A stretch of DNA of 64,000 bases from Candidatus Bathyarchaeota archaeon (GCA_963714275.1 CAVQNT010000002.1:480001-544000), one strand, 5' to 3'; shown: positions 19,404 through 31,367, numbered from the stretch's first letter. Notes: generated from the sequence alone by a model not told the origin. Numbers and translations are program-made.

Positions 19404-20354
19404 ATGAAAAAACTGAAAATTGCAGTTGTTGGAGTAGGGTTCTGGGGAAGAAACCACGTAAGGGTTCTCAGCGAGTTGCCTGATGTCGAATTGGTGGCAG
19501 TTTGCGACGTAGACCAGCAGAGAACAGCAACGGTCGCTGAGAAGTATGGGCTAAAAGCATACAATGACAGCGCCAAAATGTATGGGAAAGAGGAATTTGA
19601 CGCTGTAACCCTTTGCGTTTGGTCAACTCGGCTCTCTGAAGAAGCGTTGAAGGCTTTGAAGGCTCAAAAACATGTGTTTGTGGAAAAGCCTATGGCAAGA
19701 TCTTCAGTGGAGGCTCAGAGAATAATCAATATGGCTAAGGAAAAGAAGCTTCACTTGACAGTTGGATTCATCGAAAGGTTTAATCCTGCAGTGAGAAGGC
19801 TGAAGGAAGCGTTGGCAGAAGGGAAAATAGGGTCTCCTGTTTCAGTGACAGTAAGGCGAGTCACGAAGTGGCCTGAAAGAATAGGAGACGTTGGCGTTGT
19901 TAAGGACACAGCCATCCACGACATTGACATGGTGCGTTTCATCTTCGATGAGGATCCAATATCGGTTTACGCGAGGGCAGGTCACCTTAGGCACTCAAAA
20001 TTCGAGGACTACGCACAAATTATGCTGTCCTTCTCAAACGGGAAGTCAGCGTTCCTGGAAGCGAATTGGCTTACTCCATACAAAATCAGGAAACTCACGA
20101 TTACCGGAAGCGATGCCATAATCTCTTTGGACTACATCACGCAGGAGATGACTATTGAAACTCTCGGTCAAACCTTGACTCCACGATACGAGTTTGAGGA
20201 ACCACTGAAACTGGAGCTACAACACTTCGTTCAATGCGTTAAAAACAACAAAACGCCTTTAGTCTCAGGTCTGGACGGATTGAAAGCGCTAAAGATTGCC
20301 GAAGCAGCCCTAAAGTCCGCTAAAAATGGACACTTAATAAAGCTCAGATATTAA
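19404..20354 (+). CDS. Gfo/Idh/MocA oxidoreductase (WbpB/WlbA-like)
   Basis: GVGFWG, VEKP, GFIERFNP, DTAIHDID. Confidence 0.88.
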   Translation: MKKLKIAVVGVGFWGRNHVRVLSELPDVELVAVCDVDQQRTATVAEKYGLKAYNDSAKMYGKEEFDAVTLCVWSTRLSEEALKALKAQKHVFVEKPMARSSVEAQRIINMAKEKKLHLTVGFIERFNPAVRRLKEALAEGKIGSPVSVTVRRVTKWPERIGDVGVVKDTAIHDIDMVRFIFDEDPISVYARAGHLRHSKFEDYAQIMLSFSNGKSAFLEANWLTPYKIRKLTITGSDAIISLDYITQEMTIETLGQTLTPRYEFEEPLKLELQHFVQCVKNNKTPLVSGLDGLKALKIAEAALKSAKNGHLIKLRY

Positions 20355-20405
20355 ATAAAACATCCAAAAACCCAATGGTTTATTTAGATTTTTTTGGTCG
20401 AAAAA

Positions 20406-20678
20406 TTAGTTTTTCAGGTTGCAAGGTTTTCCTTCAGTTAATATTTTTTGTGGGATTTTTTCTTTCCATTTTTGGAGGAAAGCCAGCTCGTCCTTTTCTT
20501 CCCGTAGCTCGTCAGGCAGCATTTCAGGTATCTCGTCCCGTATCGGGTACCAGCGGCTGCATTTGGGGCAGATGATCATGCCGTCAATTATTTCTTCCTT
20601 TTCTTCGAACACATGAAGCTCCAACGGATAATACTTGTCGATCGGGCAAGCCAGAATGTCCATCAACCTTCTTTTCAT
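20406..20678 (-). CDS. trm112: Trm112-family methyltransferase activator
   Basis: LMDILACPIDK...CPKCSRWYPIRDEIPEML. Confidence 0.85.
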   Translation of the reverse strand: MKRRLMDILACPIDKYYPLELHVFEEKEEIIDGMIICPKCSRWYPIRDEIPEMLPDELREEKDELAFLQKWKEKIPQKILTEGKPCNLKN

Positions 20679-20679
20679 T

Positions 20680-21579
20680 TTACGATACTCCTTCAGTCAT
20701 TCCTATTTTTATGAAAGGCGGGCTGGTCCTATTAATCTTTTCATGAACGTTTATGTCGAGGACGACTTGGAACCATCTTGGACCAACGGGTCGAACAATC
20801 CTTCCGAACGTGTACTCGAAGTTAACGTTCGCGTCTCTTAGTTTTTCTGAGACTTTCTTCTCAACTTCCTTGACAGGATCTACGCCTTTTTCAGCATGGA
20901 CAAAATCGTAGTAGTGAATTTTTCCTCCAGTTGGTTTTAAAGCTGTTAATGCATAATCGAGGTATTCGAAGGCTTTTTCGGGTAATGGCATAAGTACTCT
21001 GTCAGCAATATTCAGTAATCTTTTTATGACGATTTCTTTTGCGTCTCCCTCAACCGCCTCAATGATGTACCTTGCTTTGTTCAGCCTAATGTTTTCCTCC
21101 ATGAATCTGATTGCGTCTGGATTCATATCAACTGAATACACTTTCAGAGGATTCGCAAGTTTAGCGATGAGAATGGAGAAGCAGCCCACGCCTGCGAACA
21201 TGTTAACAACCACTTCGCCAGTCATGACCTGTTTGGCTACTCTCATTCTCTCGAAAGAAAGCCTTGGTGAAAAGTAACACTTTTCCAGATCAACCTTGAA
21301 AAGGCAACCAAACTCTCTGTGAACGGTTTCAGTTTTCTTTTCGCCCGCAAGCCACTCAAGCCTTCTTAGACGAAGCTCACCCGCAACTGGACCTGTTTGA
21401 CGCACGATGGTTTTAACATGTGGATTACTTTGCAGTACTACAGCGATTTCTTTGGCTTTATGTTCCATTGTTTCTGAGATTCTGACGACTGCAATGTCTC
21501 CAATGATGTCGTACGATTTACTGATGTTCTTTAGTTCCCAAGGTTCAAAAATTTCGCCAAGTCTCTTCTTTAGGCTCAT
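20680..21579 (-). CDS. Trm5/Taw2-family (Met-10+) tRNA methyltransferase
   Basis: YDIIGDIA, YFSPRLSFER, NMFAGVG, DRVLMPLP. Confidence 0.85.
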   Translation of the reverse strand: MSLKKRLGEIFEPWELKNISKSYDIIGDIAVVRISETMEHKAKEIAVVLQSNPHVKTIVRQTGPVAGELRLRRLEWLAGEKKTETVHREFGCLFKVDLEKCYFSPRLSFERMRVAKQVMTGEVVVNMFAGVGCFSILIAKLANPLKVYSVDMNPDAIRFMEENIRLNKARYIIEAVEGDAKEIVIKRLLNIADRVLMPLPEKAFEYLDYALTALKPTGGKIHYYDFVHAEKGVDPVKEVEKKVSEKLRDANVNFEYTFGRIVRPVGPRWFQVVLDINVHEKINRTSPPFIKIGMTEGVS

Positions 21580-21637
21580 GCGGACTTAGGCACTCTCGTG
21601 AGGTTTAATTATTTTCGGAAGTTCCTTGATTGCGTCT

Positions 21638-23089
21638 TTAATGACAGACTCTGCTTTCCGAATCGATGATTGCGAGTATAATGAAATATACGCATCCTCC
21701 AATCAAGGTTAAAGCCACAGTAACAGTTAACCTTGTTGGATGTGGAAGAACGTACAACAACAAAGCCATCACAGCTGCTGCCCCAATGAACTTTATTATG
21801 TGGTTCAGAGGCATCTGGAAGTGAAGGCTCTTCTTAGCAATTATGTAACGAACTACGACTAGCCCTAAGTCTATTGTAAGGACAATTGAGGCAATAAAAA
21901 GGGCAGAGTCAACAGCTGTTATCGCCACATAACTTAAAACATAATACGCAAGAGGCAAAGCGATTGCAGCTTGAAAATATGGCAAGGTCAAAAAAAGGAA
22001 CAGTTTACTCCTAATCATCTTTTTCCATGGAATTTTAGCCTCAGCGTCCAGTTTCTCTACGCCAGACACAACAGCACCAAAAATTGATGAAAAACATAAG
22101 GCTAACATGTCGATTGAAAGCAAAGTAAGAATCGGTCTTGCAACACTGTATTCAAGGTTAAGAATTGTCAAATATGAGTCAGCCATAACCACAGCGCCAA
22201 ACGCCATCGGTATTGCGAACATCAAAACCAACTTCAAAGATGATGTTATGTCTTCAGGCTGGTTTTTGGACAAAAGACTCGGGTAAAGCGCATACCCAAT
22301 TAATGCAGAATAACCCACTATTCCAGCAATAGTTAAGGCTGCCCCATAATAACCTCTAGCCAACTTTCCCCCATAAATAAAAAGAAGAAGAAGAATTGAA
22401 TCAGCCAAACGTTGACCGACTAAGCCATACAGTGTGAACGGAGAAGCCTTAACCCATTCCTTGACATAATTCCATTTAACGTTCTCACGAAGCTTAGGCA
22501 ACATTGTTTTGAAATAAAAGATAAGCTGAATGATAGTTGCCAATATAACAGCAATGACCGCTCCAATTAGTCCCAACCCAAACCATATTATCGAAGCGTA
22601 ACCTATGCACACTTTGGATATTTCAAAAATCATGAAACCGAACCCGAGAGCCTGAGGCTTTTTTGCCTGCAATGAAGCTTCTAAAGCAGACAGAAGGTAA
22701 ATTTCAATTATTTGAACACTGATTAGCAAGTAAACGATTATGAACTCCGCACTTACCTGAAATAATGGTAATGCCATAGGCAAAATCAGCAAATAAAGCA
22801 AAGCAAATGGAACAGAAATTATAATATTAGAAAATAATACAGTCACTGAAGAGCCAGCATGATTTCTTGCCACAAATCTTGTTGCCCAAAAAGGGAAAAT
22901 GCTTGATGCCAGAGTGAAATATGTAAGGACATCGGAAATGTTGCCATAAACACCGAATGTTTCAGCTGTGATGCTGCGTGCAACCATCAACGTGAAGATG
23001 AGACCGGTCCCTATACTGAGCATCCGTGCAAGAAAAATTATTAATCCCGAGTATCTAAGTCGGACTTCACCGTTAACCATATAATTCAC
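21638..23089 (-). CDS. Polysaccharide/oligosaccharide flippase-like multi-TM protein
   Basis: About 12-14 hydrophobic segments, inside the glycosylation locus; the C-terminus may be extended by a frameshift. Confidence 0.7.
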   Translation of the reverse strand: MNYMVNGEVRLRYSGLIIFLARMLSIGTGLIFTLMVARSITAETFGVYGNISDVLTYFTLASSIFPFWATRFVARNHAGSSVTVLFSNIIISVPFALLYLLILPMALPLFQVSAEFIIVYLLISVQIIEIYLLSALEASLQAKKPQALGFGFMIFEISKVCIGYASIIWFGLGLIGAVIAVILATIIQLIFYFKTMLPKLRENVKWNYVKEWVKASPFTLYGLVGQRLADSILLLLFIYGGKLARGYYGAALTIAGIVGYSALIGYALYPSLLSKNQPEDITSSLKLVLMFAIPMAFGAVVMADSYLTILNLEYSVARPILTLLSIDMLALCFSSIFGAVVSGVEKLDAEAKIPWKKMIRSKLFLFLTLPYFQAAIALPLAYYVLSYVAITAVDSALFIASIVLTIDLGLVVVRYIIAKKSLHFQMPLNHIIKFIGAAAVMALLLYVLPHPTRLTVTVALTLIGGCVYFIILAIIDSESRVCH

Positions 23090-23144
23090 AAATATGATTT
23101 ATTCGTTAATTTAAAAAGGTAACAACAGACTGACTGGTTACTAT

Positions 23145-24020
23145 TTGTCGCATAGAGGTTGGAAGCTTTTGGCGAAAGAAAACGTGCTTGTCATTGGCTT
23201 AGGTGAAGTAGGACGCCCATTATATGAGCTGCTAAAAGAAAACCCAAGCTTCAATGTTTTTGGCTTGGACCTAAACAAAGAGAAGATGCACGACATCGGG
23301 CATCATAAATCAGACCTCCCCTCCGAAATTGAGGTTATGCATGTTTGCATTCCATGTTCTGATAAAACAAAATTCGTGAACACCGTTGTTGATTATGTAT
23401 ATCGTTTCAACCCAAAGCTTGTGATTATCAACAGTACAGTCGAACTTGGAGTCACATTAGATGTTTACAAGCGTTGCGGAAATTACCTTGTCGCGCATTC
23501 GCCTGTTCGCGGAGTGCACAAAAGCACTGATTACATGAAAAAGGAGCTTAAACGATGGACAAAATACATTGGCGGAGCCACTCCCGAAGCTGCTGAGCAC
23601 GCTAAGAAGCATTTTGAAAAATTATGTTTCAAGACCAAAGTCTTGAAGAGCTGTGTCGAAACTGAGATAGCGAAACTTTTTGAAACCACATACCGTGCTT
23701 GGATGATTGCCTGTTTTCAAGAAATGCACCGGATCAGTAGGCACATTGGTGCAAGCTTCGACGATGTGGTTGATTTTATTGAGGACACGCACCGTGTAAG
23801 GCTTGATAGACCAGTGATGTTTCCTGGAGTCATAGGCGGACATTGCCAAATCCCAAACACTGAGCTCCTCATGAAAACCTATGATTCAAAATTTCTGGAA
23901 ATGATTCTAGAGTCCAACGAAAAACGTAAAGAAGAGGTAAAGGATCCAAAAATCGTTGAAGAGGTCGAAAAAATCAAAAAAAGAGTTAAGGCTCACGAAA
24001 ATCAAACACTCGCTCCATAA
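23145..24020 (+). CDS. Short nucleotide-sugar dehydrogenase (GDP-mannose/UDP-sugar DH family, no C-terminal domain)
   Basis: GLGEVG, INSTV, EIAKLFETTYR, PGVIGGHC with the catalytic Cys. Confidence 0.8.
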   Translation: MSHRGWKLLAKENVLVIGLGEVGRPLYELLKENPSFNVFGLDLNKEKMHDIGHHKSDLPSEIEVMHVCIPCSDKTKFVNTVVDYVYRFNPKLVIINSTVELGVTLDVYKRCGNYLVAHSPVRGVHKSTDYMKKELKRWTKYIGGATPEAAEHAKKHFEKLCFKTKVLKSCVETEIAKLFETTYRAWMIACFQEMHRISRHIGASFDDVVDFIEDTHRVRLDRPVMFPGVIGGHCQIPNTELLMKTYDSKFLEMILESNEKRKEEVKDPKIVEEVEKIKKRVKAHENQTLAP

Positions 24021-24107
24021 ACCAGTAAAATTTTATTAGGGAAACCATAAGCTGAAATATAAACGGTATCGGTATGTATCACAGAAAAATCAGCACGAGA
24101 GTATAGA

Positions 24108-26368
24108 ATGTGTCGAAGGCACTCGAAAGCTATTTCGAAATTGAAAAAAATTCCGTCTTTACGACCAAAATTTACGCATTCTAAGTTACTAAAAAGTACG
24201 TTGATGGTTCTTATTCTCGCAATAGCGTTCTTGGTTAGACTATTGCCTGTTAGGTGGGGATACTACCTAAACGAGTTCGACCCATATTACCAGTTCAGGC
24301 AGACAGAATATATCGTCAAAAACGGTTTACTTGGGGCGAATGGTTGGATTTCGTGGCACGACTATCTAAGCTGGTACCCGTGGGGGAACGTAATACGCTA
24401 CGCCTCGTACCCGGGTCTGGCGATATTAGCAGCAACGTCGTTCATGGCACTAAACACGTTGGGATTTCCGTTCACTTCCTTTCCTACGCTTGATCCTTTG
24501 CTTTCGGATCCCATTTACGTTTTCTGCGTCATCTTCCCAGTTTTAATGGCAACATTGGCATCTCTGGCAATATACTTTCTCGGAAAAGACCTTGGAGGCG
24601 AACCAGTTGGGATGTTTGCTGCCTTATTTCTAGCGTTGGATTCGTCGTACATTAGCCGAACGGCACTTGGGTTCTTTGATGATGAAAGTGTCGGAATTTT
24701 AAGTCTTGATTCTTTTCTGTCTCTTTTTCTTAAGGTCTATAGAAAAAGAAAAACCATCGAAAATAAGACTATTATATGCAATTGCTGCTGGTTTCACATT
24801 AGCCTACCTCAGCGGTTCGTGGGGTGCAGCTCGGTATCCAATTGTAATGACTGCCCTGTTCGCCTTATGTCTGTTAATGATTGGAAGATACTCAACACGC
24901 CTGTTTATGTCGTATTTAACCGTCTTCGCCATAGCTCTCCCAATTGCCGCTTACGTTCCCCGCCTTGGCACCTCGTTCATAATGGGAACAGAAGTTTTAC
25001 CCGTTTATGGAGTCCTCTTCCTCCTTTGTATTGCCGAAATTAAACAGCGATTAAAGACAAGAAAAATATTTTATTATTTGAGTTTAACCTGCCTTTTTGT
25101 TATTTTATTTGCCTTCCTTTGGGAAAAAGGATTTATTAGTTCAATTGGAACAAAGTTTTTGGCGGTTCTCAATCCATTCTCTCGGTTTCGAGAGCACTAT
25201 CTTTGAGTCCGTCGCTGAGCATAGACCTTCAGCTTGGGGAACCTTCTATTATAACTGGGGAGTAGGCACATTCTTTTTGCCAGTTGGCCTTTTCTTTGCC
25301 ATAATATCCGCGACTGACGTATGTATTTTCATGGTGATCTTTGGGTTAACATCAATGTATTTTGCAAGTTCACTTATCCGAATAACTGTCATGGTATCAC
25401 CAATTATTAGTCTGCTTTGGGCTTTAGCCTTAGTGCGCTTAATGAAGCCTTTCATCTTGTTTTTTAAGGAGCCTTCAGACGCAAGTAAGCGGAAGACGCG
25501 GTTCAGGGGCGTCATCGGGAAAGAGACAGCTGCTGGAATCATTATACTAATGTTTGTCCTACTCAATTTGACATATGTTATTGGCACTGATTTTATGGTT
25601 TCTCCAACATCCAGAGTAGGACCGAGGGTTTTTAGTCAGGCTTATACGCCTACGACAATTGCTGCTGCTGGTATGTCAGTAGGGCAAGTATCAGCCACAG
25701 TCAGAGATTGGCTTAACGCGTTATCGTGGATGCGTGAGAATCTACCTCCTTCGCCAGAAAGTCCAGGAATGAATGGTACAGTAATTGCTAGCTGGTGGGA
25801 TTACGGATACTGGATAACGACGATCGCAAACAGGACATCTTTAGCGGACAACGGTTCATGGAACTTGACGCAGATCCAGCAGATTGGGCTTATGTTCATG
25901 TCAAACGAAACTGAGGCGATTAACATACTTAGGAAATACAATGCTACCCACGTCGTGGTTTTCGTAACTTTTGCAGTTCAAACCGATTCGAGTACCGGAT
26001 ATCAATATCCAGTATTTGCTCAATTAGGAGGCGACAACGCGAAGTGGCAGTGGATGGCCAGAATCCCGGGGCTTGATGACACGTCCTTTGGTAACTACAC
26101 GCTTGGAGCAGATTACCTGGATCTTAATAATGATGGATATTATGATTCGGGTGATTCTTACATCGCCAATGCAAAAGGTCAAAATTCGACACTTTTCAAA
26201 CTTATGCAATACGGAATGCAGATGACTTATTATTCAGATTCAAATGTTAATTTACAATATTTTCAAGAAGCCTACTTTTCTCAGAAACAGGGTTCTCCGA
26301 GTCCAGCTTCAGGAACTCACTATTATCCTCTGGTGTGCGTTTATAAGGTCAAATATCCAACAGATTAG
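24108..26368 (+). CDS. aglB: Oligosaccharyltransferase AglB/STT3, split by two frameshifts
   Basis: EFDPY, GFFDDE, SVAEH and WWDYG motifs distributed over ORFs 24108..25043, 24706..25206 and 25097..26368. Confidence 0.92.
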
Positions 26369-26423
26369 TAATAACCATAAAACCAAAAGTTTAACATGAA
26401 ACATAAAAAGAGGGTTTAAGTGT

Positions 26424-27573
26424 TTGATTGATAATGAAGCCATTAGGAATATTTTGACATTACGCTATGATCCGCATGGTCCCACTTCCCTTCCAAAACT
26501 GAGTTGGGAAGACTTTATTGAATATAACGGAATAGACTCAACTTATACCAAGCCTCTTAGAAGGAGCCATAAGAAAAACAGTTCAAACTTATGCTCCACG
26601 CAGGATTGGTGTAGGTATAAGCGGAGGAGTGGACAGCACAACTGTTCTTTCACTTCTAAGAAAATGTTTCCCAAATCAAGAGATCAATACATACTGCATT
26701 ACTTTTGGTAACGACGATCAAGAAGCGAAGGACGCAGAATATGTTGCTGAGATTTACTCAACTAACCACAAGCATATTAAAATAGAAAACCCTTTCGCGG
26801 ACTTAGGTAAACAGATCGGCATTACAAACGAACCACGTTGGAACCTTTACCCCTACTACCTATTTGCGGAGGCGTCTAAAAGTTGCGATATTCTTCTCAC
26901 AGGAGATGGCGGAGATGAGCTGTTTGGAGGATACGTCTTCAGATATGGGTATGTTTTACGAAACAAGACTGAGCCTCTTGTACAAAGATACCTTGAAGCC
27001 CATAATCGAGATTGGGTTGAGGACCAGACTGAACTTTTCGCTTTTTCATTCAGTTGGAACGATGTCCATAATCTTCTAAAATCATATTTCGATAATCCCC
27101 TTCCCCTTTTAGGAAAAATTTTCCTTGCGGATTATAATGGGAAGCTTCTTTATGATTTTGCCAAAACAAACATCGCGTTCTCAGAGTTCTTTGGTCTAAA
27201 AGTAGTGGCTCCCATGCTTGAACCTGAGGTGCTTCATGTAGCAACACATATACCATACAATTTAAAGTATGATGAAAAAAACAACATTGGGAAAGTAATT
27301 CTCAGACAAATTTTGCTTGAAAACACTGGCTACAGACCTGCTACAAAAGCTAAAATTGGGTGGGGGATGGACATATCTTGGATGTGGGACAAATACGTCA
27401 AGGATATGTGCATGGAACTGTTTGATTCTGCACGGTTCATCAAACTTGGGATTGTCAACAAAAATTGGGTTCCCAAGGGTCTCAGAAAAGCAGATGAGCA
27501 TGACCCACGCTATATCAACAAGATGTTGGGTCTACTAGCACTTGAGCTGTGGCTCAAAGTGAAGGGTTTATGA
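26424..27573 (+). CDS. Asparagine-synthase C-terminal-domain protein (no glutaminase domain), frameshifted
   Basis: ISGGVDST PP-loop across the shift, TGDGGDELFGGY, GKVILR. Confidence 0.8.
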
Positions 27574-28392
27574 AGAGGGAGCTTAAAGTTGCTGTTCTAA
27601 TCCCTTGCAGAGACGGAGAATTAACCCTTCGAGTCACAATTGAAAGCCTTCTGAACCAAACAGTGAAAACTTTCATCGCAGTGGCTGACGACGCAAGCGT
27701 AGATGATACGCCCAAAATACTAAAAGAACAATGTGAAACTGGTAGAGTTCATTCAGTAAGGTACCCTAGACGTGAACTCAGAAACTATGCCAAGGTTCCT
27801 GTTCTGCTTAATATGTTACTGGGTGTGCTTTCCCCAGCGGATTTCTATATGATAAGTGGCGACGACTGCATTTACCCGCCTGAATACCTTAGTAAACTAA
27901 TATCATTCATGCGTAATGATAATGTTGACCTCAGCTTCTGGCTGTCACGATGTCAAGAATTATAGGCATTTAACCTTACCTAGTGGAAGTGGCCGTCTTG
28001 TTACTGCAACGTTATTTAGAAGAATAACGCCGTTGCCTATCAGCATAGGGTGGGAAAGCTGGATGATCTATAAGGCTCAGTCTCTAGGAAGGAAGGTTGC
28101 GGTGTATCCTGTCGAATTCGAACACAGACGAGAATATTCTTTTGGAAGCACGTGGACTTTCGGTTATAGCGCATACGTAAATGGTGTTCCATTCATTTTC
28201 ACTGTATTTCGGGCTATGAAATCCCTATTTACAGGTCTCCATACGCCAGTTAACGCCGTTTCTATCCCTCTTGGCCAATTAGAATACATGGTGAAAGGAG
28301 CTGAGAAGCTTGACTGCGCACCTTTCGTTAACAGCATGTATAAGTGGAGAATAAAGCAATCCATTACAGGAGTCTTACATGGTCGACATTAA
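27570..28392 (+). CDS. GT2 glycosyltransferase, frameshifted
   Basis: VLIPCRD, DDASVD, GDDC; continues in ORF 27916..28392. Confidence 0.8.
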
Positions 28393-29565
28393 GGACTTGA
28401 AGATACACTCACTTTGGCAATCTAGACTAACGACGCCTTCCCAATTGTTCAGGCTCTCAGAGATCGTCAAATCGATGCTGATTTATACGTATACCGTCCA
28501 GCACATGTTTGCAGTTTACCCCAGTGGGAAATGTGCGATTTAGACATCAACGACATAGGAGACCCGTACAACCCAAATTGGGAAGCCCTAAACAAATTTT
28601 TTGTTCAACCTTCATGGATGCACGTTCTCAATTTCCGTCAAGGCATTATCTCGAAGCCTCTAAGGCTGTGGCAAATCATCCGTGCATTTAGGAAGTATGA
28701 CCTTATAATTGCGCATGTTCCCTTCTCCATATACGCGCAGTTTTCGTTTAAACCATACATTTCTTTCGATGCTGGGGCGATACGTTATTTTGAGGCAAAT
28801 GATTTTCGTACGAAGCTTTTCAAACGGGGGTATTCGAAGGCAAACGCAATTATTTTAACAAATCCTGACACTATGGACTTGTTCGATAAGTACGGTTTTA
28901 AATATCATTTCGTTCCTTTCTTAATAGACACTTCAAGATATAAATATCAAAAACCCAACGAAAGTTTACCATATGAGTACATCTTCTTTATGCCTTCAAG
29001 ACAACAATGGAAAGAGAAGGGAAACAACCTATTCGTAGAGGCCTTTGCACAATTTCACAAAGAACATAGAGATTCTGTTCTGGCAATGGCTGATTGGGGT
29101 ACGAATCTTAATGAAACTAAAGCCCTTGTTGAAAAACTAAACATTGGTAAGTCGGTCATGTGGTTACCGTTAATGTCGAAACCGAGACTTATTAAATGGT
29201 ACAATCTCTCCACAGCTATAGCAGACCAGTTTATATTAGGTTCATATGGTACAACAGCTCCTGAGGCAATGGCGTGTGAGAAACCAGTTATGATTTACCT
29301 CTCTGAAAAACATAATCTGAAGGCGTTCGGCGAATTCCCACCTGTGCTAAATATTATAGAAAAAGATGATATTTTAAAATACCTGTTCATGTGTACAGAT
29401 TCTACGTTTAGAAGTCGCATGGGTCAACTTTCAAGAGAATGGGTTGAAAAGCACCATAGCCCCGAGATTGTAATAAATTCCCATATCTCGATTGCGTTGA
29501 AAGTCATTGAGGATCTGAAAAGAACTAAGCAGCGACAAAAAGGATTAGTTATTGAAAAAGGCTGA
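28379..29565 (+). CDS. GT4 glycosyltransferase, frameshifted at the 5' end
   Basis: KGN..F..AF, DQFILGSYGTTAPEAMACEKPV. Confidence 0.82.
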
Positions 29566-30370
29566 TGTATTCATGAGTCGAAGCAATATTAAAGCAGCGG
29601 AATCGAAAGTTTTGGATACAAGAGGAAGTTTTGATTACCAATGGAAAAACATTCCAGAAGGAGCATATCTTCTGTCCGATGCTGTATTCAGGGAAAATGT
29701 TGATAAAATCCTTTTAGATGAGTTGGATGTGTCTCAAGAATTTCTGAAAGATTTGTTAGTCGTAGACGCGGGATGTGGAAATGGCCGATGGACGTATGGT
29801 TTATTGAAGCTTGGTTGCAAAGTAGTCGCTTTCGATTTTACAATATCTGGCTGTAAGGAAACAAAAAATAATACAAAGCAGTTTGATACTGTTGACGTTA
29901 TTCTTGCTGACATCCTTCATACGCCATTAAAAGAAAACCTATTTGATATCGTTTTTTGTTGGGGAGTCTTGCACCATACGGGGAACATAAAATTGGCTTT
30001 CCAAAATGTGGCTGGTATTGTAAGACACGATGGTCTTTTACATATTTACGTTTATGGACCTAAGGGCGTGAGAATCAGGATATGGCGGAAAATTCTTTCT
30101 CAGTTTTCGTACAGCAATAGGCTTGCATTGATAAAAGCTTTAACACCAATAACTAACAGGTTTTCGAAATTAAGGGTAATAATTCCTTTCTCATCTTCGA
30201 TTCATGGGTCATTTGATGCTTATTCTCCTAGTATAAACGTCGAAAGCTCAAAAGAATATATTATCTCATTATTCGAAGAGAACGGTTTCAAATCTATCAG
30301 AAAGCTTAATCCAAGATGGTGCAACGCTGCATTATCTTCTGATATTCATATGCAAGGTGAGAAAAAATGA
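29552..30370 (+). CDS. Class I SAM-dependent methyltransferase
   Basis: VVDAGCGNGR, FDIVFCWGVLHH. Confidence 0.88.
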   Translation: MKKADVFMSRSNIKAAESKVLDTRGSFDYQWKNIPEGAYLLSDAVFRENVDKILLDELDVSQEFLKDLLVVDAGCGNGRWTYGLLKLGCKVVAFDFTISGCKETKNNTKQFDTVDVILADILHTPLKENLFDIVFCWGVLHHTGNIKLAFQNVAGIVRHDGLLHIYVYGPKGVRIRIWRKILSQFSYSNRLALIKALTPITNRFSKLRVIIPFSSSIHGSFDAYSPSINVESSKEYIISLFEENGFKSIRKLNPRWCNAALSSDIHMQGEKK

Positions 30371-31272
30371 AGAGAATCTTCGTAACAGGTGGAGCTGGTT
30401 TCATAGGCAGTCATCTAGTCGAAGAACTTGTGAAACTCGGTCATGATGTCACAGTGGTTGATAGCCTAAGCAACGGAAAATTGCAAAACCTTGACGCTGT
30501 GAAGGATAAATTGAACTTTCAGAAAAATGATGTGTCCAAACTTCCATCATTTCAAGATGACTTTGATGTAATCTATCATCTTGCATGTTTTCCAAGAAGT
30601 CAGAGTTTCGCAAATCCGAAAAGAGATGTTGAGGTAAACGTCATCGGCATGGTAAATATTCTTGAATTGGCAAAGAAAAATAAGGCTAAGGTCATATTTA
30701 GTCCAACTCCGGCATATATGACACCTCAAAAATTCCAATAGATGAAAACACTCCTGACAACCCGAAGACACCTTACGATTTGGATAAGCTTCAGGCTGAA
30801 AACTATTTGAAACTCTATAACAAAACATACGGGATTAAATATGTCGTTTTCCGTTTTGCTACAGTCTATGGAACAAGACAAAAGGTTTCACCAGAATGGA
30901 AGCCTATTGTCATGGAGTTCGTTACAAAGTTAAAGAATAAAGAGACACCAACAATATATTGGGATGGCGAGCAAACAAGAGACTTCATCAACGTAAAAGA
31001 CATAGTAAAAGCCCTAATTCTGGCAATAAAAAACAAGAAAGCTGTGAACGAAACCATGATTCTCGGTTCAGGGAAGGAAACGAGTATAAACGAGCCTATA
31101 CGGTATCGTATCAAGATTAATGGATGTTACAATTACACCCATTCGTAAACCAATGCAACTTGGAGATATTAAACGAATGCTGTACGACTGCAAAAAGGCT
31201 CAGAAAATTTTAGGATGGAAACCTGAAATCGCACTTGAAGAAGGCATAACTGAAATTATAAATCAGATTTGA
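30367..31272 (+). CDS. NAD-dependent epimerase/dehydratase (extended SDR), frameshifted
   Basis: TGGAGFIGSHL, YDLDK (YxxxK), GEQTRDFINVKD; stop at 31270-31272. Confidence 0.85.
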
Positions 31273-31367
31273 AAACTAATTCTAAGCAATTATGCCACCT
31301 AGTTTAAATACTCCTTCATTCTTCCTTAGGAAAAATATAGGTTAAGTCTGTGAATGGTGTTTTGGTC

